Below are positions 10,401 to 20,700 of a stretch of DNA of 31,876 bases, in pieces; positions within the stretch are counted from its first letter, which is position 1; every line of letters begins with the position of its first letter. The DNA is from Prasinococcaceae sp. CCMP 1430 (lineage: Eukaryota; Plantae; Prasinodermophyta): positions 244,789 through 276,664 of the forward strand of contig RQSC01000630.1 of the NCBI GenBank assembly GCA_013416795.1. Reading direction: 5' to 3'. The notes below the pieces were generated by a model. That model saw nothing but the letters and a program-made list of their open reading frames with translations. It did not search any database and was not told where the DNA came from. Both the position numbers and the translations under genes were made by a program.

Positions 10401-11682
10401 ATTCATGATCTGGCGCCGAGCCGCACAGGTCCTGCCGGTGGTGCGCCGTCTCCGCGCCCGCGTGCTCAACCGTGTGGCGCACGCCTGCTTGGTCGGGTGG
10501 GCTGGGCACGCCGCGCACAAGGTCCATCTGCGAGAGGCCGGCCAGCGACTGCAAGCCTCGCTGGGACTCGACACCATGGGGCGCCTGTACGCCCTGTGGC
10601 GAACCCTGTACCGCGCGCGCTGCTACATGGGCGAATACAACGCCACGCGCGCGTTCCACGCGTGGCGTCGCGAGGCCTACGCCGCGTCCGCGCGCCGCAT
10701 GCGCCACAACGCGATCCTCGCCGAGATGTTGATGGGCACCACACGCCGCGTTTTCATCGGCTGGTTCGCGCTCATGATCGAACTGCGCGAGGCGCGGGCG
10801 CTCTTCCAGGAGAAGCAGCGACGCCTCAAGGCCGCCGTGCGTTACGGCGACCTCATGGCGCGCCGTCGCCGCTTCCAGACCATGCTGCTCCAATTCCGCG
10901 CGTGGCAGCAGATTACGAAGGCGCTCAGGCTTTTCGCCGTGCTAGCGGACGACCACGCTATTCGCGCGATGCGCGGATGGCGCAAGGAGGCGCGCGGCCT
11001 CGCGCTCGACCGCGAATTCCAGGAGGTCGCGCGCCGCCACGATGCGCGCCGCGCGGGCCGCGTGGTGTTGCGCGAGTGGCTGGACGCATGCGGCAAGATG
11101 GACCCCGCGCAGGAGGCGAGGCTCAAGTACGCACTGTCTGAGATGAGCGCGAATAGGCTCTTCAGTGTACTCGCACAGTGGAGTGGCTACGTGACGCTTT
11201 GCCGCAAGCGCCGCAAGGCGCTCAAGAATGCCTTCGCCGTCGTGATGGAGGCCGATGAGGACAATCTCGGCAGGAAGTGCCTTCGCGCTTGGCACCGCAC
11301 GGCCGCGCTCAGCACCCTGAGCTTCGAGGAAGAGGACGCACCCGCGAACGACTACATGTCGCCGATGCTCGACAGGCGCACGCGCGCCATGTACGGCGAC
11401 CGCGCGGGGGCCTTCTGGCGCGAGCGCCGATTGGCGGACGCGCTGCAGGCGTGGTCCTCGTACACCTCGGCGATGAACATTGACGCGAGCGAGGCCGTGT
11501 CAATGGCCATCAGCCGCCACAACGCCGAGGCGAGATCGGGCGCGTCGGGCCGGTCGTCCTACTCCTTGCACTCGCGTTTCGACACTCCGGTGGGCGCCGG
11601 CGCCGACTCGTCGCGCAGCAAGCTTCGCCTCCGGGACATGTCCATGAGCGTCGGGAGCGAGCGCTTCTACAGGTACGGGTAG
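4489..11682 (+). CDS. Sfi1-like centrin-binding repeat protein (~2,397 aa, single exon)
   Basis: A 7.2-kb ORF with dozens of helical repeats ending in (A/S)(F/W)xxW, mostly at 33-aa spacing (e.g. SAAFERW-33-SAFDSW-33-VAFQTW-33-AAFECW). The N-terminal block VLQAYEAVLRAVGIDAQEDEYFYRPVLQM resembles the Sfi1 N-terminal region as I recall it. First ATG is 4489 (alternative 4525). Confidence 0.82.
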   Translation: MASSARWIGEWDMNGTLAPQGMQRVGGGFRPRPNSPGRGSPSSPGAAAVSRATLRAISEPLEPYSTEDLDLLAEILRSAEDRALRDAKRGRRAVEVTQLRVLQAYEAVLRAVGIDAQEDEYFYRPVLQMCLDPEPDWWRKFDALCRDNADKAAWLERARALGASPAPSAAIETQTQTPPVQDVPPPLPQRDALTETQAYALFKLLSMAFHGWAQQASSASAVAAARRRAVENWMVAVSFWECRASANALRRWRRRGDAMRGVAEAFGAGRSRRTRFRQWRSAARSSCDGRKRGQARAIAMWRGNALGAALRRWRQGADDDRAFALRCMASCADTRTRMCMRGWASVAHKLALTEACGREAEYLAERGMKTRTYMRWRAAYNERVRRRTQMGRAVAACRLRTLVAALNTWRHRATTLIHYRESVQLSLANIRLNRERAALARWVEFAHERAAVKTKTAMAVAKMQFSLAARATARWTAYVQETIKQRVRLERCTRILQCGIGRRAMNQWKGIALEHARLRRIAGYALKRTQQRQVSAAFERWCVRAAEIADEREAAGKAARYWLNRTVGSAFDSWYEKTQDFKAQRQQLRKAVAWFTTRASAVAFQTWMIRVEEASAQRDALTLAVRWWISRSVGAAFECWVEKTTSMAHARELANRSLLRLLNATKAAAFASWSANAKSFRHERELLHKAAALWRNVELRKGFAGWVATVAAMRAAEAALLRVAKNMLHRQLSSAFEAWIAFTAERQRKAVLVAKAVGCFTRGAISRALNTWIEVVAEAKDENDKMARALVYFRGRAEQLAFLQWQENASRLAYQREALEGAIRRLNMRAQAAVMARWVDYVVEVEEMRMLGERAARYFRNSTLGAAWRRWLAYVEELEEARALVQRAASFWINRALLGAWSRWMDFAVESVDMRSKLRVAVQRFAHAKLAAALLSWREWVPANKEKVRKVSMAAAFMTKRSMVASFAAWKRVYEAHKRAVNFFVHSAMFRSFLQWREGALYQKETFHKLQQAAARMMKRQLSAAFTTLKQHVDDMRKARQAMIWFANLALAKAFKRWCDYAVEVQVARDQAEKAMRLWMNTSTRQAFARWEEFAVESAELRAKMLYLVKRFSMRAAAAALSRWLDFAVESAAMRDAVRQAVAHWVKKELVVAFERWCNFVVAQQEDAEKMGKALRRLRNRQLTVAWERWTDAVEEIFDMRAKLEKALRRFANAAVYAAYNAWATLVETRIRQRAAVRKSLGRVMNREKAAAMVQWLFFLERRRARYAAEDHYRAHLAKAMLRSFAHSANIANLARKGMRRLLNRQLSGAWAVWTGYMQYLHEQQEQALSMQGRVIARMRNAALAGAFNKLREHARQSGGARRILHRIVNRRALAALNGWCAYVARIAGVRSMLSRILGRMEATYLEAWAEYAAEGTLALRLAGVAREGGRKGTLKRESRRFVGLLRVCGTRGARAVKGWNQWQRAMALRKQERLLSKIAYDNLYGSIAGKAFAAMRRGVVEGRKERSADDVWSKLLARKTLRAWQVHHRRQAVKTKASMKAFVHWAKGAAGVALTLWRDWARERRHARFVNTAALVAYADMLRRKALISWADAVVQLREWRVFVDAYDARMLVLRTARVLQQWRSVAADLAELRREVNDFHARSVANRMSESMRQWLLLARTRRVQRSGVTGMIFGRYQAQAFIGWSDVASELKRERRARHLAATYFVGKVSREVLIAWRREASTARKHERIMLKVAARMRTKALASSFAGWSETATLLIKQREAAHRVLGRVMNRTLGMAWRRWRENVAELAHMRTCLSAAVSMMRKRKLAQGWNTWKAYYAYETYLRGKLAKHFAARFKRDKEAFFIEWRTVAQYEIEVREKLSRYVGRIMHGAMAGAWATWKGWWQSSKQLKRAARYLRNAALGKAWRSWAQYYLLCKVGRAVSQYSRNLLYKSMQKLKTNAQEERKKRRQNSAALLFASGMVCSRQFMIWRRAAQVLPVVRRLRARVLNRVAHACLVGWAGHAAHKVHLREAGQRLQASLGLDTMGRLYALWRTLYRARCYMGEYNATRAFHAWRREAYAASARRMRHNAILAEMLMGTTRRVFIGWFALMIELREARALFQEKQRRLKAAVRYGDLMARRRRFQTMLLQFRAWQQITKALRLFAVLADDHAIRAMRGWRKEARGLALDREFQEVARRHDARRAGRVVLREWLDACGKMDPAQEARLKYALSEMSANRLFSVLAQWSGYVTLCRKRRKALKNAFAVVMEADEDNLGRKCLRAWHRTAALSTLSFEEEDAPANDYMSPMLDRRTRAMYGDRAGAFWRERRLADALQAWSSYTSAMNIDASEAVSMAISRHNAEARSGASGRSSYSLHSRFDTPVGAGADSSRSKLRLRDMSMSVGSERFYRYG

Positions 11683-12320
11683 AATCCGTAGCACCCTCTA
11701 GGAGCCTTAACCTCAAAACATTTTACGTTTTCGCCATCGTTGGGGTCCGCGACGCCCCCAGGCAGAGTGCCCGTGCCGGCGCGAAAAAGAAAAACTCAAA
11801 AAGAAAAAGTCCACCTGAATTAGGGTCATTTCAAATACCCAAACCCGGTCAGCGTGCATGGACACTTTTCAAGTGATATCGCTGCGTCCTGTTTTAAAAG
11901 AAACGCAAACCCTCTTTTGCGAGCTGGTTTTGGAACTGGTGCGGCGTCCTCCCGCCGTGCGCGCGGCGGCCCACCATAGGGCGCGCGCGCGGCTCGGTGA
12001 GGGTCGGGGGACGAGCGGGGGCGCCGCTGCTGGGCGCGCACAAAGGGGGGAGGGGAGTGCGGAGGGAGGGCGAGAGGGAGGGGTGAGAGAGAGCCGGGGC
12101 GGGGGAAGCGCGGGCGCGGGCGCTGAGCGCGAGCGCGCGCGCGACAAGGTGCGCCCGCAGGCCTCAGGGGCGCGCCAAAGCGTGAAATATCGCTTGCGGC
12201 CGGCGGGGAGTGCGGGGTGGGCAAGGAGAGGGGAAGGGGGGGTGGGGGAAGGGGGGAAGAGAGGTTGGGTGAGGTTACGAAGGTCGTTGAGCAGGCGCAG
12301 CGGGAGCCGGTGTGCGCGTC

Positions 12321-13790
12321 ATGGCGGCGACGCAGGTGCGGCGAAGGCGGAAGAACGAGTCGGATGGGGACTCCTCGGCGGGAGGCAGCGCAAACGAAGG
12401 CGGGGTCGGGCGGGGCGCCGGCGGCGAGGGCGCAGACAGTGCTGGCGATGGCGGCGGCAGCAAGCCTACGCTGCTGCTGTACTCCAGCTCGAAGTACAAG
12501 AGCTTGCGGACGCGCGTGGGCAGCGCCGTGGTCCTTGTGGTTTCGTTCGCGGGGGCCATTTACATGGGCCACGCATGGATCACGCTCTATGTCATCGGCC
12601 TGCAGACGGCAATCGTGCACGAGCTCTTCACAGTTGCGCGCCGGCGGCCACCGAAGCGCGGCAGCAAGCCAGCGCAGGCAGCGAGCGATGCACCGCCCAT
12701 GGTGGATGAGTTCAAGCACCTGCCCTGGTTCCGCACCCTGAACTGGTACTGGTATGTGTGTGTCATGTACTTCATGTACGGCAGTCTTGCGCGGATCCAT
12801 TTTGACATCCCGGATGTGCACGAGCTAGGCGAGTACGCATTCGTGCCTGGGGAGTACGCGTGGGCGCTGCACAGGCTCGTGCTGCACACGCTCCGGCACC
12901 TCTCGTTCTATAGCTACATGATGTACATAGCCGGGTGGGTATGGTTCGTGCTCATCCTGGAGAAGGGCACGTATATGTACCAATTCTCGCAGTTCGCGTG
13001 GACGCACATGATCCTCATCGTAGCCGTCGTCCAGACGTGCTTTCTCACTGCCAACATCTGGAGGGGGATGATATGGTTCCTGCTGCCGTGCTCGCTCGTC
13101 ATCGTAAACGACATCATGGCGTACTTCTCGGGCTTTTTCTTCGGCCGCACGCCACTGTTGAAGATCTCGCCCAAGAAGACGTGGGAGGGCTTCATCGGCG
13201 CTATCTTCTTCACCATGCTGTGGGGGTTCTTCGTGAGCCGTGCGATGGCGCAGTTCGAGTACATGACATGCCCTCAGAAGGAGGTCTCGCTGGCGCTCAA
13301 CGTGCCGCCGCTCACCTGCCCGACCAACCCGCTCTTCGTGGACGTCGAGTACCGTTTGCCCGAGATGCTAGTGGATGTGTACAAGTACTTGCATTTCCTG
13401 CCCTCATGGGCCAAGGTGGAAGTGGTGCACATCATGCCAGTTCAGCTGCACGGCTGCGTGCTGGCGGCGTTCGCGTCCATCGTGGCGCCCTTTGGTGGGT
13501 TCTTCGCCTCGGGCTTCAAGCGCGCCATGAAGGTGAAGGACTTCTCCGACTCAATCCCAGGTCACGGGGGCGTGACCGACCGCATGGACTGTCAGATGAT
13601 GATGGGACTGTTCGCATTTATCTACTGCCAAGCGTTCTGCATGGGTGGAGAGCTCAGTTTGCAAAACGTGGTAGCCTTGGTGATGTTGATGAGCAGAGAG
13701 GATCAAGTCGAGCTCTGGCGCAAGCTGGGGGAGGAGCTGTCCGCGCAGGGACTGCTCCAGGCAGGCACGGAGGCAGCAGGGGCACAGTGA
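12321..13790 (+). CDS. CDS1: Phosphatidate cytidylyltransferase (CDP-diacylglycerol synthase), eukaryotic ER type, 489 aa
   Basis: Multi-pass membrane protein with the motifs NDIMAYFSGFFFGRTPLLKISPKKTWEGFIG and APFGGFFASGFKRAMKVKDFSDSIPGHGGVTDRMDCQ. Intronless. Confidence 0.96.
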   Translation: MAATQVRRRRKNESDGDSSAGGSANEGGVGRGAGGEGADSAGDGGGSKPTLLLYSSSKYKSLRTRVGSAVVLVVSFAGAIYMGHAWITLYVIGLQTAIVHELFTVARRRPPKRGSKPAQAASDAPPMVDEFKHLPWFRTLNWYWYVCVMYFMYGSLARIHFDIPDVHELGEYAFVPGEYAWALHRLVLHTLRHLSFYSYMMYIAGWVWFVLILEKGTYMYQFSQFAWTHMILIVAVVQTCFLTANIWRGMIWFLLPCSLVIVNDIMAYFSGFFFGRTPLLKISPKKTWEGFIGAIFFTMLWGFFVSRAMAQFEYMTCPQKEVSLALNVPPLTCPTNPLFVDVEYRLPEMLVDVYKYLHFLPSWAKVEVVHIMPVQLHGCVLAAFASIVAPFGGFFASGFKRAMKVKDFSDSIPGHGGVTDRMDCQMMMGLFAFIYCQAFCMGGELSLQNVVALVMLMSREDQVELWRKLGEELSAQGLLQAGTEAAGAQ

Positions 13791-13904
13791 GTCGTACAAG
13801 CGCGAGCATTTGTCTTCACATCATTCCTAAGATACGTATCGGGGTGGACGCACAAGCGCCGAGCTCGAGCGCGTGACGCACGCGCAGCTTGCGCGCCTCG
13901 GATC

Positions 13905-14813
13905 TCAGAAAATGCCGGGAAGGATCGCCGCCACGCGAGCGGCGTACCCCGGGAACTTGCTCGCGTACCACGCCTTGGACTGCGCGGCACCAACCGCTAG
14001 GTTGGTCGCCACCCACAGCAGTAGGGTCCATGGGGCGCCAGCGCACTCACTCGGCGGCCCGCAGGTGCACGCGAGGGCCGAGTAGATGAGCACCTCGGCG
14101 GTGTAGTGCGGGCAGCAGACGTGCTCGAACCACCCACCGGACGGTTGCGTGTATTGATGCGGACGCGCGGCGCGCCAGGCTCGCAGTGCGGCGTGCGCGC
14201 GGGCGTGCTGCAAGCTCGCGTAAGCAAAGAGTCCCGCGCAGAAGCACAGAGCTGCGCTCGACGGCGTGCCTGCGCCGGATCTGTCCCTTGCTGTGACGGC
14301 GACGCAGGCGTACGTCGCTGGCGCCATCACGTAGTAGCCGAGGCCAGTCATGTATCCCGCGACGTGCATGCGGGAGGCACGCGGGCCCGTCGCGGAATTT
14401 GTAGCGATTTCCTCTGCAAGGCGGCGTACGACGTGGCACGAGAACAGCGCCAGCGGCACAGCTGCCCTGGCGGCGGCCGTGCCGCCGTCAGTGACGAGCG
14501 CGACGCCGTACGCAGCGGTGACGCAAGCAACAACGCCGACGACATAGAAGTGCACGAACCACTCGTGCGGCACCGTAGCGCGGGCGACGATTGCGACCAG
14601 CCCCCTGGGCCGCGTAACCTGGTCGGTGGCTCCGCCTCCTGCAGTGCCGTCCGCGCACGCAGCACCGCTCCCCATAGTCTTGCCGCGGCGCGCGAGCGAC
14701 CCGGCCATGGGCGAAAGCGCAACTGCAGAGGCGCCCGCTGCGGCGGCGAGCCACGCGCCGCTGAGCGCCGCGGGCGAGAGCGCGAGGAGCGCGCCGCTGG
14801 CAGCGGCATCCAT
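13905..14813 (-). CDS. Polyprenol reductase (SRD5A3/Dfg10/PPRD-like, steroid 5-alpha-reductase family), 302 aa
   Basis: Motifs VPHEWFVHFYVVG, HVVRRLAE, SRMHVAGYMTGLGYY, PSGGWFEHVCCPHYTAEVLIY and WYASKFPGY...AILPGIF. ATG at 14813. Confidence 0.9.
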   Translation of the reverse strand: MDAAASGALLALSPAALSGAWLAAAAGASAVALSPMAGSLARRGKTMGSGAACADGTAGGGATDQVTRPRGLVAIVARATVPHEWFVHFYVVGVVACVTAAYGVALVTDGGTAAARAAVPLALFSCHVVRRLAEEIATNSATGPRASRMHVAGYMTGLGYYVMAPATYACVAVTARDRSGAGTPSSAALCFCAGLFAYASLQHARAHAALRAWRAARPHQYTQPSGGWFEHVCCPHYTAEVLIYSALACTCGPPSECAGAPWTLLLWVATNLAVGAAQSKAWYASKFPGYAARVAAILPGIF

Positions 14814-14966
14814 CACCACCCTCACGCTCCCCCCAGAAAACCTCGCATCGGCGGCCGGTGCGGGGACGGGAGGGGCGGGGGGGGGAGGGAGGGAGGGGGG
14901 AAGGCGGACAGGCCTGGCTCGTCCGCGCGCGCTCTGTGGCGACCAGCAAGCTCTCTTCCAAACGAG

Positions 14967-14995
14967 TTTTTAGGGTTAAAAATAGGGTTTATATC
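14967..14995. promoter_or_regulatory. AT-rich core of a bidirectional promoter with telo-box-like (TTTAGGGTT / TAGGGTTT) motifs
   Basis: TTTTTAGGGTTAAAAATAGGGTTTATATC sits in the ~480-bp gap between the divergent polyprenol reductase and NAD synthetase genes. Its reverse complement contains AAACCCTA. Confidence 0.5.
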
Positions 14996-15294
14996 AGCCT
15001 CGGCCTCGCACCTCGCCTCGCTGGCGGCGGCTTCCTGCCGCGCGCGCGCGCGCGCGGTACCCTCTGCAGGGCGGGCTGCGCCACACGCTGCGCGGGCAGC
15101 TACCCACACATACCACCACCACCCACGACCTCTCTTGCTCTCCCGCCCCACCCATAGACACACGCGCGCACGTACGCGAGCGCCTGGCCGCAAACGTATC
15201 AACCAGTCGCGCGCAGACATCTCGCCCGCCCGACTGCGCGCGCGCGCGTGGTGCGCGGCGCAGGGTGGCCGGGGCGCACGAGGGAGAGAGAGCC

Positions 15295-17620
15295 ATGCCG
15301 CGCTATGCGACGGTGGCGGCATGCACTCTCAACCAGTGGGCGATGGACTTCGCGGGCAACCTCGAGCGCACAATGCGGTCCGTAGCGCAGGCGAGAGAGG
15401 CGGGCGCAAGCTACAGGCTGGGGCCCGAGCTAGAGGTCTGCGGGTACTCGTGCGATGATCACTTCTACGAGGTGCGCGAGAGCGGGGGCGAGCCGGGGCG
15501 CGTGCAGCTGGACTCACGGCCACGCGCCATCCGCGGCTGCGCGTGTGCGTAGCGCAGACGCCCCAAAGCGCCGCTGACAGCAGGTGCGCTGCTGTGGTGG
15601 CTGCGGCGCGCTTGCGCGCGCCCGAATCGCGCAGGCCGATACGTGCACACATTCTTGGGAGTGTCTCGCTAAGCTCCTCTCGTCCGGCCTGACGGACGGT
15701 ATGCTGGTAGACGTTGGCCTGCCAGTCGAGCACCGCGGCGCGCGCTACAACTGCCGCGCCTTCCTGCTGGATGGGCGCATACTGCTCCTGCGCGCCAAGA
15801 TGTGGCTCGCCAACGACGGCAACTACCGCGAGCTGCGCTGGTTCTCAGCCTGGAAGCGATACGACGAGACCGAGCGGTATATGCTGCCGGAGTGCGTGCG
15901 CGCCGTATCTGGGCAGGCGCACGCGCCCATAGGTGATGCCACGCTGCAGCTGGCCGACACGAGCATGGGCACAGAGCTGTGTGAGGAGCTGTTCACGCCG
16001 CAGTCGCCGCACATCCGCATGGCGCTCCGCGGTGTGGAGGTGATGGCCAACGGCTCGGGCTCGCACCACCAGCTGCGCAAGCTCGACCAGAGGCTGGACC
16101 TGGTGAGGTCCGCCACGGCGAAGACGGGCGGCGTCTATCTGTACTCCAACTTGCGCGGCTGCGACGGCACGCGCATGTACTTCGACGGATGCTCGTGTGT
16201 GGTCGTCAACGGCGAAGTTGTCGCGCAGGGCCAGCAGTTCGCGCTGGAGGACGTAGAGACTGTGGTGGCCACGTGCGACCTGGACGCGGTCACGTCGTTC
16301 CGCGCAGCGACGTCCAGCTTCAGGGAGCAAGCGAGCGCCCAGCCAACGATATCTGCCGGCGCTGTCATTGACGCTACCCACTTTTCACTGTGTGCGCGCG
16401 GTCCGGGCCTGGCCGCGGGCCGGGTGCCACGCTTCCCTACGGAGCCTCGCGCCCCGCACTTCCACCGCTTCGAGGACGAGATAGCGCGTGGGCCTGCGTG
16501 CTGGCTGTGGGACTACCTGCGCAGAAGCGGGGCGAGCGGATTTCTGCTGCCGCTCAGCGGCGGCGCAGATAGCGCGGCGGTGGCAGCCATCGTCGCCGGC
16601 ATGTGTCAGCTGGTTGTTGAGGCCATCTCCGACGGCGACAAGGTTGTTCTGGATGACGCGCGGCGGATAGGAGGGTACGCGCTCGACGAGCGTCCAACCA
16701 GCGCCAAGGAGCTGGCGGGGAGACTGCTCACGACCATCTACATGGGGAGCTCCAATTCGAGTGCGGAGACGCGCGCGCTCGCAGCATCGCTCGCCGGCGA
16801 TATTGGCGCGAGCCACCACGCCCTGGAGATAGACACCGTCACTGCCGCGCTCGTCACCGTGTTCGAGGCCGTGTCCGGACGGCGGCCGCGCTTCCGCAGT
16901 CGCGGGGGCACCACTGCGGAGAACCTTGCATTGCAAAACATCCAGGCCCGCGCGCGCATGGTGCTGGCGTTCATGTGTGCACAGCTCATGCCATGGGTAT
17001 CCGGTCGGTCCGGCTTTCTCTTGGTGCTGGGCAGTGCGAACGTGGACGAGGGCCTGCGCGGCTACCTGACCAAGTACGACTGCAGCTCGGCTGACTTGAA
17101 TCCAATTGGCGGTGTCTGCAAGAACGACCTAAAGGCCTTCTTGAGGTGGTCGTCTTCCGCAGACTCGCTAACCGGTGGCACGTTGCCTTCCTTGGCAAGG
17201 ATCGTGACCGCACCGCCCACTGCAGAGCTCGAGCCGCGCGAGGACGGATACGTCCAGACAGACGAGCAGGACATGGGCATGTCTTACGAGGAGCTCGGTA
17301 TCTTCGGGCGGCTGCGCAAGATCGGGCGCTGCGGCCCTCTCTCCATGTTCCATGCCCTCCTGCCGAAGTGGGGTGACAGGCTCAACCCTGCACAGATTGC
17401 CGAGAAAGTCAAGTTTTTCTTCCGTATGTACTCCATCAATAGGCACAAGATGACCACCATCACGCCGGCGTACCATGCGGAGTCATACTCACCGGACGAC
17501 AACCGCTTCGACCTCCGCCAGTTTCTATACAACACGAGATGGCCGTGGCAGTTCGCGGCAGTTGACGAAGCTGCGCAGGCTGCCACCGACGTTGGCGCGG
17601 ACGGATCTCGTAGTCAGTAG
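15295..17620 (+). CDS. NADSYN1: Glutamine-dependent NAD+ synthetase, 2 exons, ~720 aa
   Basis: Exons 15295-15471 and 15635-17620 (TACGAG|gtgcgc...gcgcag|GCCGAT). Nitrilase-fold glutaminase triad ([26 protein letters not shown]) plus synthetase motifs [34 protein letters not shown] and PPTAELEP. Confidence 0.97.
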
Positions 17621-17760
17621 GAAGCTCTCCCTCCCTCCCCCTCTCTCTCTAGATAGTTGGGCTAGCGAAACTCGCGTCTGCTCGTGGCTCGCGGGAAGCA
17701 TTTTGCGATTGTTTTCTATTACTGTACACGCACACCCCACACTGATTTTGGGGATAGTGT

Positions 17761-20700
17761 TTAGATCGTGCCATATTTGCTCTCGTAGGCTGCCACCACG
17801 CGGTTGAGCTCCGAATGCTCCCACTTGAGGTCCTCGAGCTCTTCGAAGAACTCTGGTGTGAAAGCGCTCAGTTCGCTTCGCAGATCGTCGCGCTCTTTCG
17901 CCAAAGCGACATGGGCGTTCTTGAGCGAGGCGAGCTCTCGCGCTACGTCGGCGGTAGCAACCCCGGCGGACGCGGCGGCGACTTCTCGCTTCAGAGCGGC
18001 GCGTTCCGCCTCCAGCTCCACACACCGCGCCTGCAGGCGCTTCGCCTCATCGGCCGCATCCTTCGCCGCCGCGGAGAGCTGCGCGATCTCTTCGCGTCCT
18101 GCATCGCCGCTTTTCTGGCGTTCCGCAGCGGCGCGCTCGGCCGCCTTTGCAGCTCTCTTGGCCTCCGACAGATTCTTGCGCAGCCCCTCGGCGCGCTCTT
18201 CGAGCCGCGCAATGGCGTTTGCATGCTCCCGCTTGTCACCCTCACGCCCGCGCGCAGCCTTCTCGAGCTCGTCTCTGAGAGACTTGTTTTTTCCCCTGAG
18301 ATCCTTCGCAGCCTTCACAGCCTCTAAGTACGTCGACGCCGATGCTGCCCCGCGGCGCAGAGACTCGTTCTCAGCGCGCAGCTTCTCGATGATTGCCTTG
18401 AGGGCCTTGACAACGTCCTCGAGATTGTCGGCGGATGACGGCCGCGCCGCCGATTGCCCCGCCTTCCCCGCGCGGGCTTGAGTGGCGTCATCGAAGAGGA
18501 GGTCCATCCTGGTCCGCAGCGAGGCCCCTTGTGTCTCGGCCGCCTCTTTTTCGACCTTGACCTCGGCAAGTTCCATGTCGCGCGCGATGATTGCGGATCG
18601 AAGCTCATCGCGCTCCTTTTCGCCATCAGCAAGGGCTTGCGACACATCAGCCGCGCTCCCACTAGCGGAGCGTCGGGCAAGGTCGAGCTCAAATCGAAGC
18701 TTTTCGACCTCCGCTGCTCGCGCGCTGTCGCCCGCGGCCTCGGACGCTGCGCTTGACCTGGCCTCAGCAAGCTCGCTCTCCAGGCGCCTGCACTCGTCCT
18801 CCATGGACTTGAGCTTGGCGGCGTCGCGCGCGCGGATGGAGGCCTTGCTCTCGGCAGACCCTGTGCGACCAGTGCCCACCCGGAGAAGAAGGGCGTCGCG
18901 TTCGCGAGCGAGGCTTGCCGCGGTGCGCTCAAAGCGGTCGGCTTCCTCCTTTGCTTCCGCGGCCTCCTTGCGCGACGCGACCAGCTTCGCGCGCAGGGCT
19001 TCGATGCGCTTGGCGGCCTTTTTGCCCTCCTCCCATTGGGCAACGGCGGCGGCGGAGCGGGCCTCGGGCTGGCTCGAATCTTCTTGCAAGCTCGCGTTCG
19101 CTTCCTCCAGCGTCTTGACGCGCGCCTCAAGCTCACTGACCCTCGATCGCGCCACAGAGAGGGCCGTCTGGTCGGCTGCCCCACTCGGGCGGTCAGACGG
19201 GGCACGGACCTTCGAGCCGGCGGCGCGGGCCTTGCGGGCAGTCTCGCGCGCCTCTGCGAGTTCCGAGCGTAGCTGCGCGATCTCCACAGAAAGCCGCTGC
19301 TCGGCCTCCTTGGCCGCCTTCGAGGCCGAGGTCGCGTCTGCAAGCCGCCGCTGGGTCGTCTTGAGCTGCGATTGCGCGTGGGCGAGCTGGGCCAGCGTGT
19401 CCTCCGAGAACTGTTCGTTGCTCTTGCCGATGGTCACGTCGGCTTGCCTCTTCATCTCCTTAGCAAGCTTGTCCTTGAGATCACCAACGGCCACCTTGAG
19501 CTGCTCCAATTTGCGCTCCTTCGAACCGAGCTGCAGCTTGAGACGCTGCACAAGATTCTCCATGGCCCTACTTGGGCCACGCATCCGTTCAAGCTCACTC
19601 TCGCGGCGCATCGCCTCGAGCTCGGAGGCCTTCGCAGACAGCTGCTCGCGGAGCTCAGCCTCTGACGCCTCGTACTTGAGACGAAGCGCCTCGATCTTGC
19701 CATTCAGCACCTCCACCTGCGACTCGCGCTCGCCAAGGAGCGCGACGAGCTGGTCGTAGCCCTCCGACATGCTCGCCGCGGCCGGTGCGGCCCCTCGAGA
19801 GGCTGCAGGCTCCAGCAAGGCTTGGCGCATTTCGTCGACGTGCCGGGACTCCGCCTTGTGAAGCTCGTCCTGGAGGCGCAGCAGCTCTGCGCGATCGGCC
19901 TCCTGTGCCTCCAGCGATCGCTCCTGCGCAGTGCGCACCGCATTTCTGTACTCGTCGACCTGCTTCGACTTCTCCTCAAGCGCGGCGCGGAGGCGATCGA
20001 TGGTGCCCTGCGCGACTTGTGACACGCGCTCGAAGGCGGCGTCGGTGTCCTGTCCGGGTGCACTAGCAGCCGCACTCTGCGTGTGGCCAGCGGCGGATGA
20101 AGCCTCCATCCGCGTCAAGAGGCTGCGGAGCTCGAGCACCTGATCCTTTGCTTGATCGAGCTGCGCCTCAAGCTGCAAGCGCGCCTGCTCGGATGCTGCG
20201 AGCTGCCTCGCCAGCGCGCCGGTCTCACCCTGGAGCTTCATCAAGCGCTCCAGCTGGCCGAGCGTTTCAAGGCTCGATCCCTCCGCATCCGCCGCGACCG
20301 CAGGCGGCGAACCTGTGGGTACTGCTGCGGCGGCCGCCGCACCAGACTGCACATTGCCAACGACGGCGCCAGCTTGGGGAGGCGCGCCCGACGCGACCGC
20401 AGGAGTATCGGCGGTGCTCACGGCGCGATGCCCCTTTGCGTCAGCAAGCTCGGCCTGCGTCATCTCGAGCTCGATCGTGGCCCTAAGTGCAGTCTCCTCC
20501 GCTTCCGCCCGCTCTCGCTCCGCCGTGGCACGCCCAGCTGTGGCGGTCTCGAGTTGCGCGCGCACATCATCGAGGAGGCGACCCATGCGCCTAACCTCGA
20601 GCCGCGCATCGAGTTCCTCGCGGCGTTGCGCGCGGGTCGTGCCGTGCTCAAGCACACCGGACTCTGACGATACCATGCTCGCAGCGCTCAGCGTCGGCCG

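Noticed and set aside
7780-10893. 431-aa and 441-aa antisense ORFs within the Sfi1-like gene, and similar ones within CEP290
   Set aside because: Shadow ORFs caused by GC3 bias, with no motifs.
15572-15634. Alternative in-frame acceptor at 15583 for NAD synthetase
   Set aside because: It is too close to the CTGAC branch point and would insert 17 non-homologous residues. [14 protein letters not shown] fits the family with the acceptor at 15634.
12321-17620. A lipid/redox 'gene cluster' (CDS, polyprenol reductase, NAD synthetase)
   Set aside because: These are unrelated housekeeping pathways, and adjacency is expected in a compact genome.
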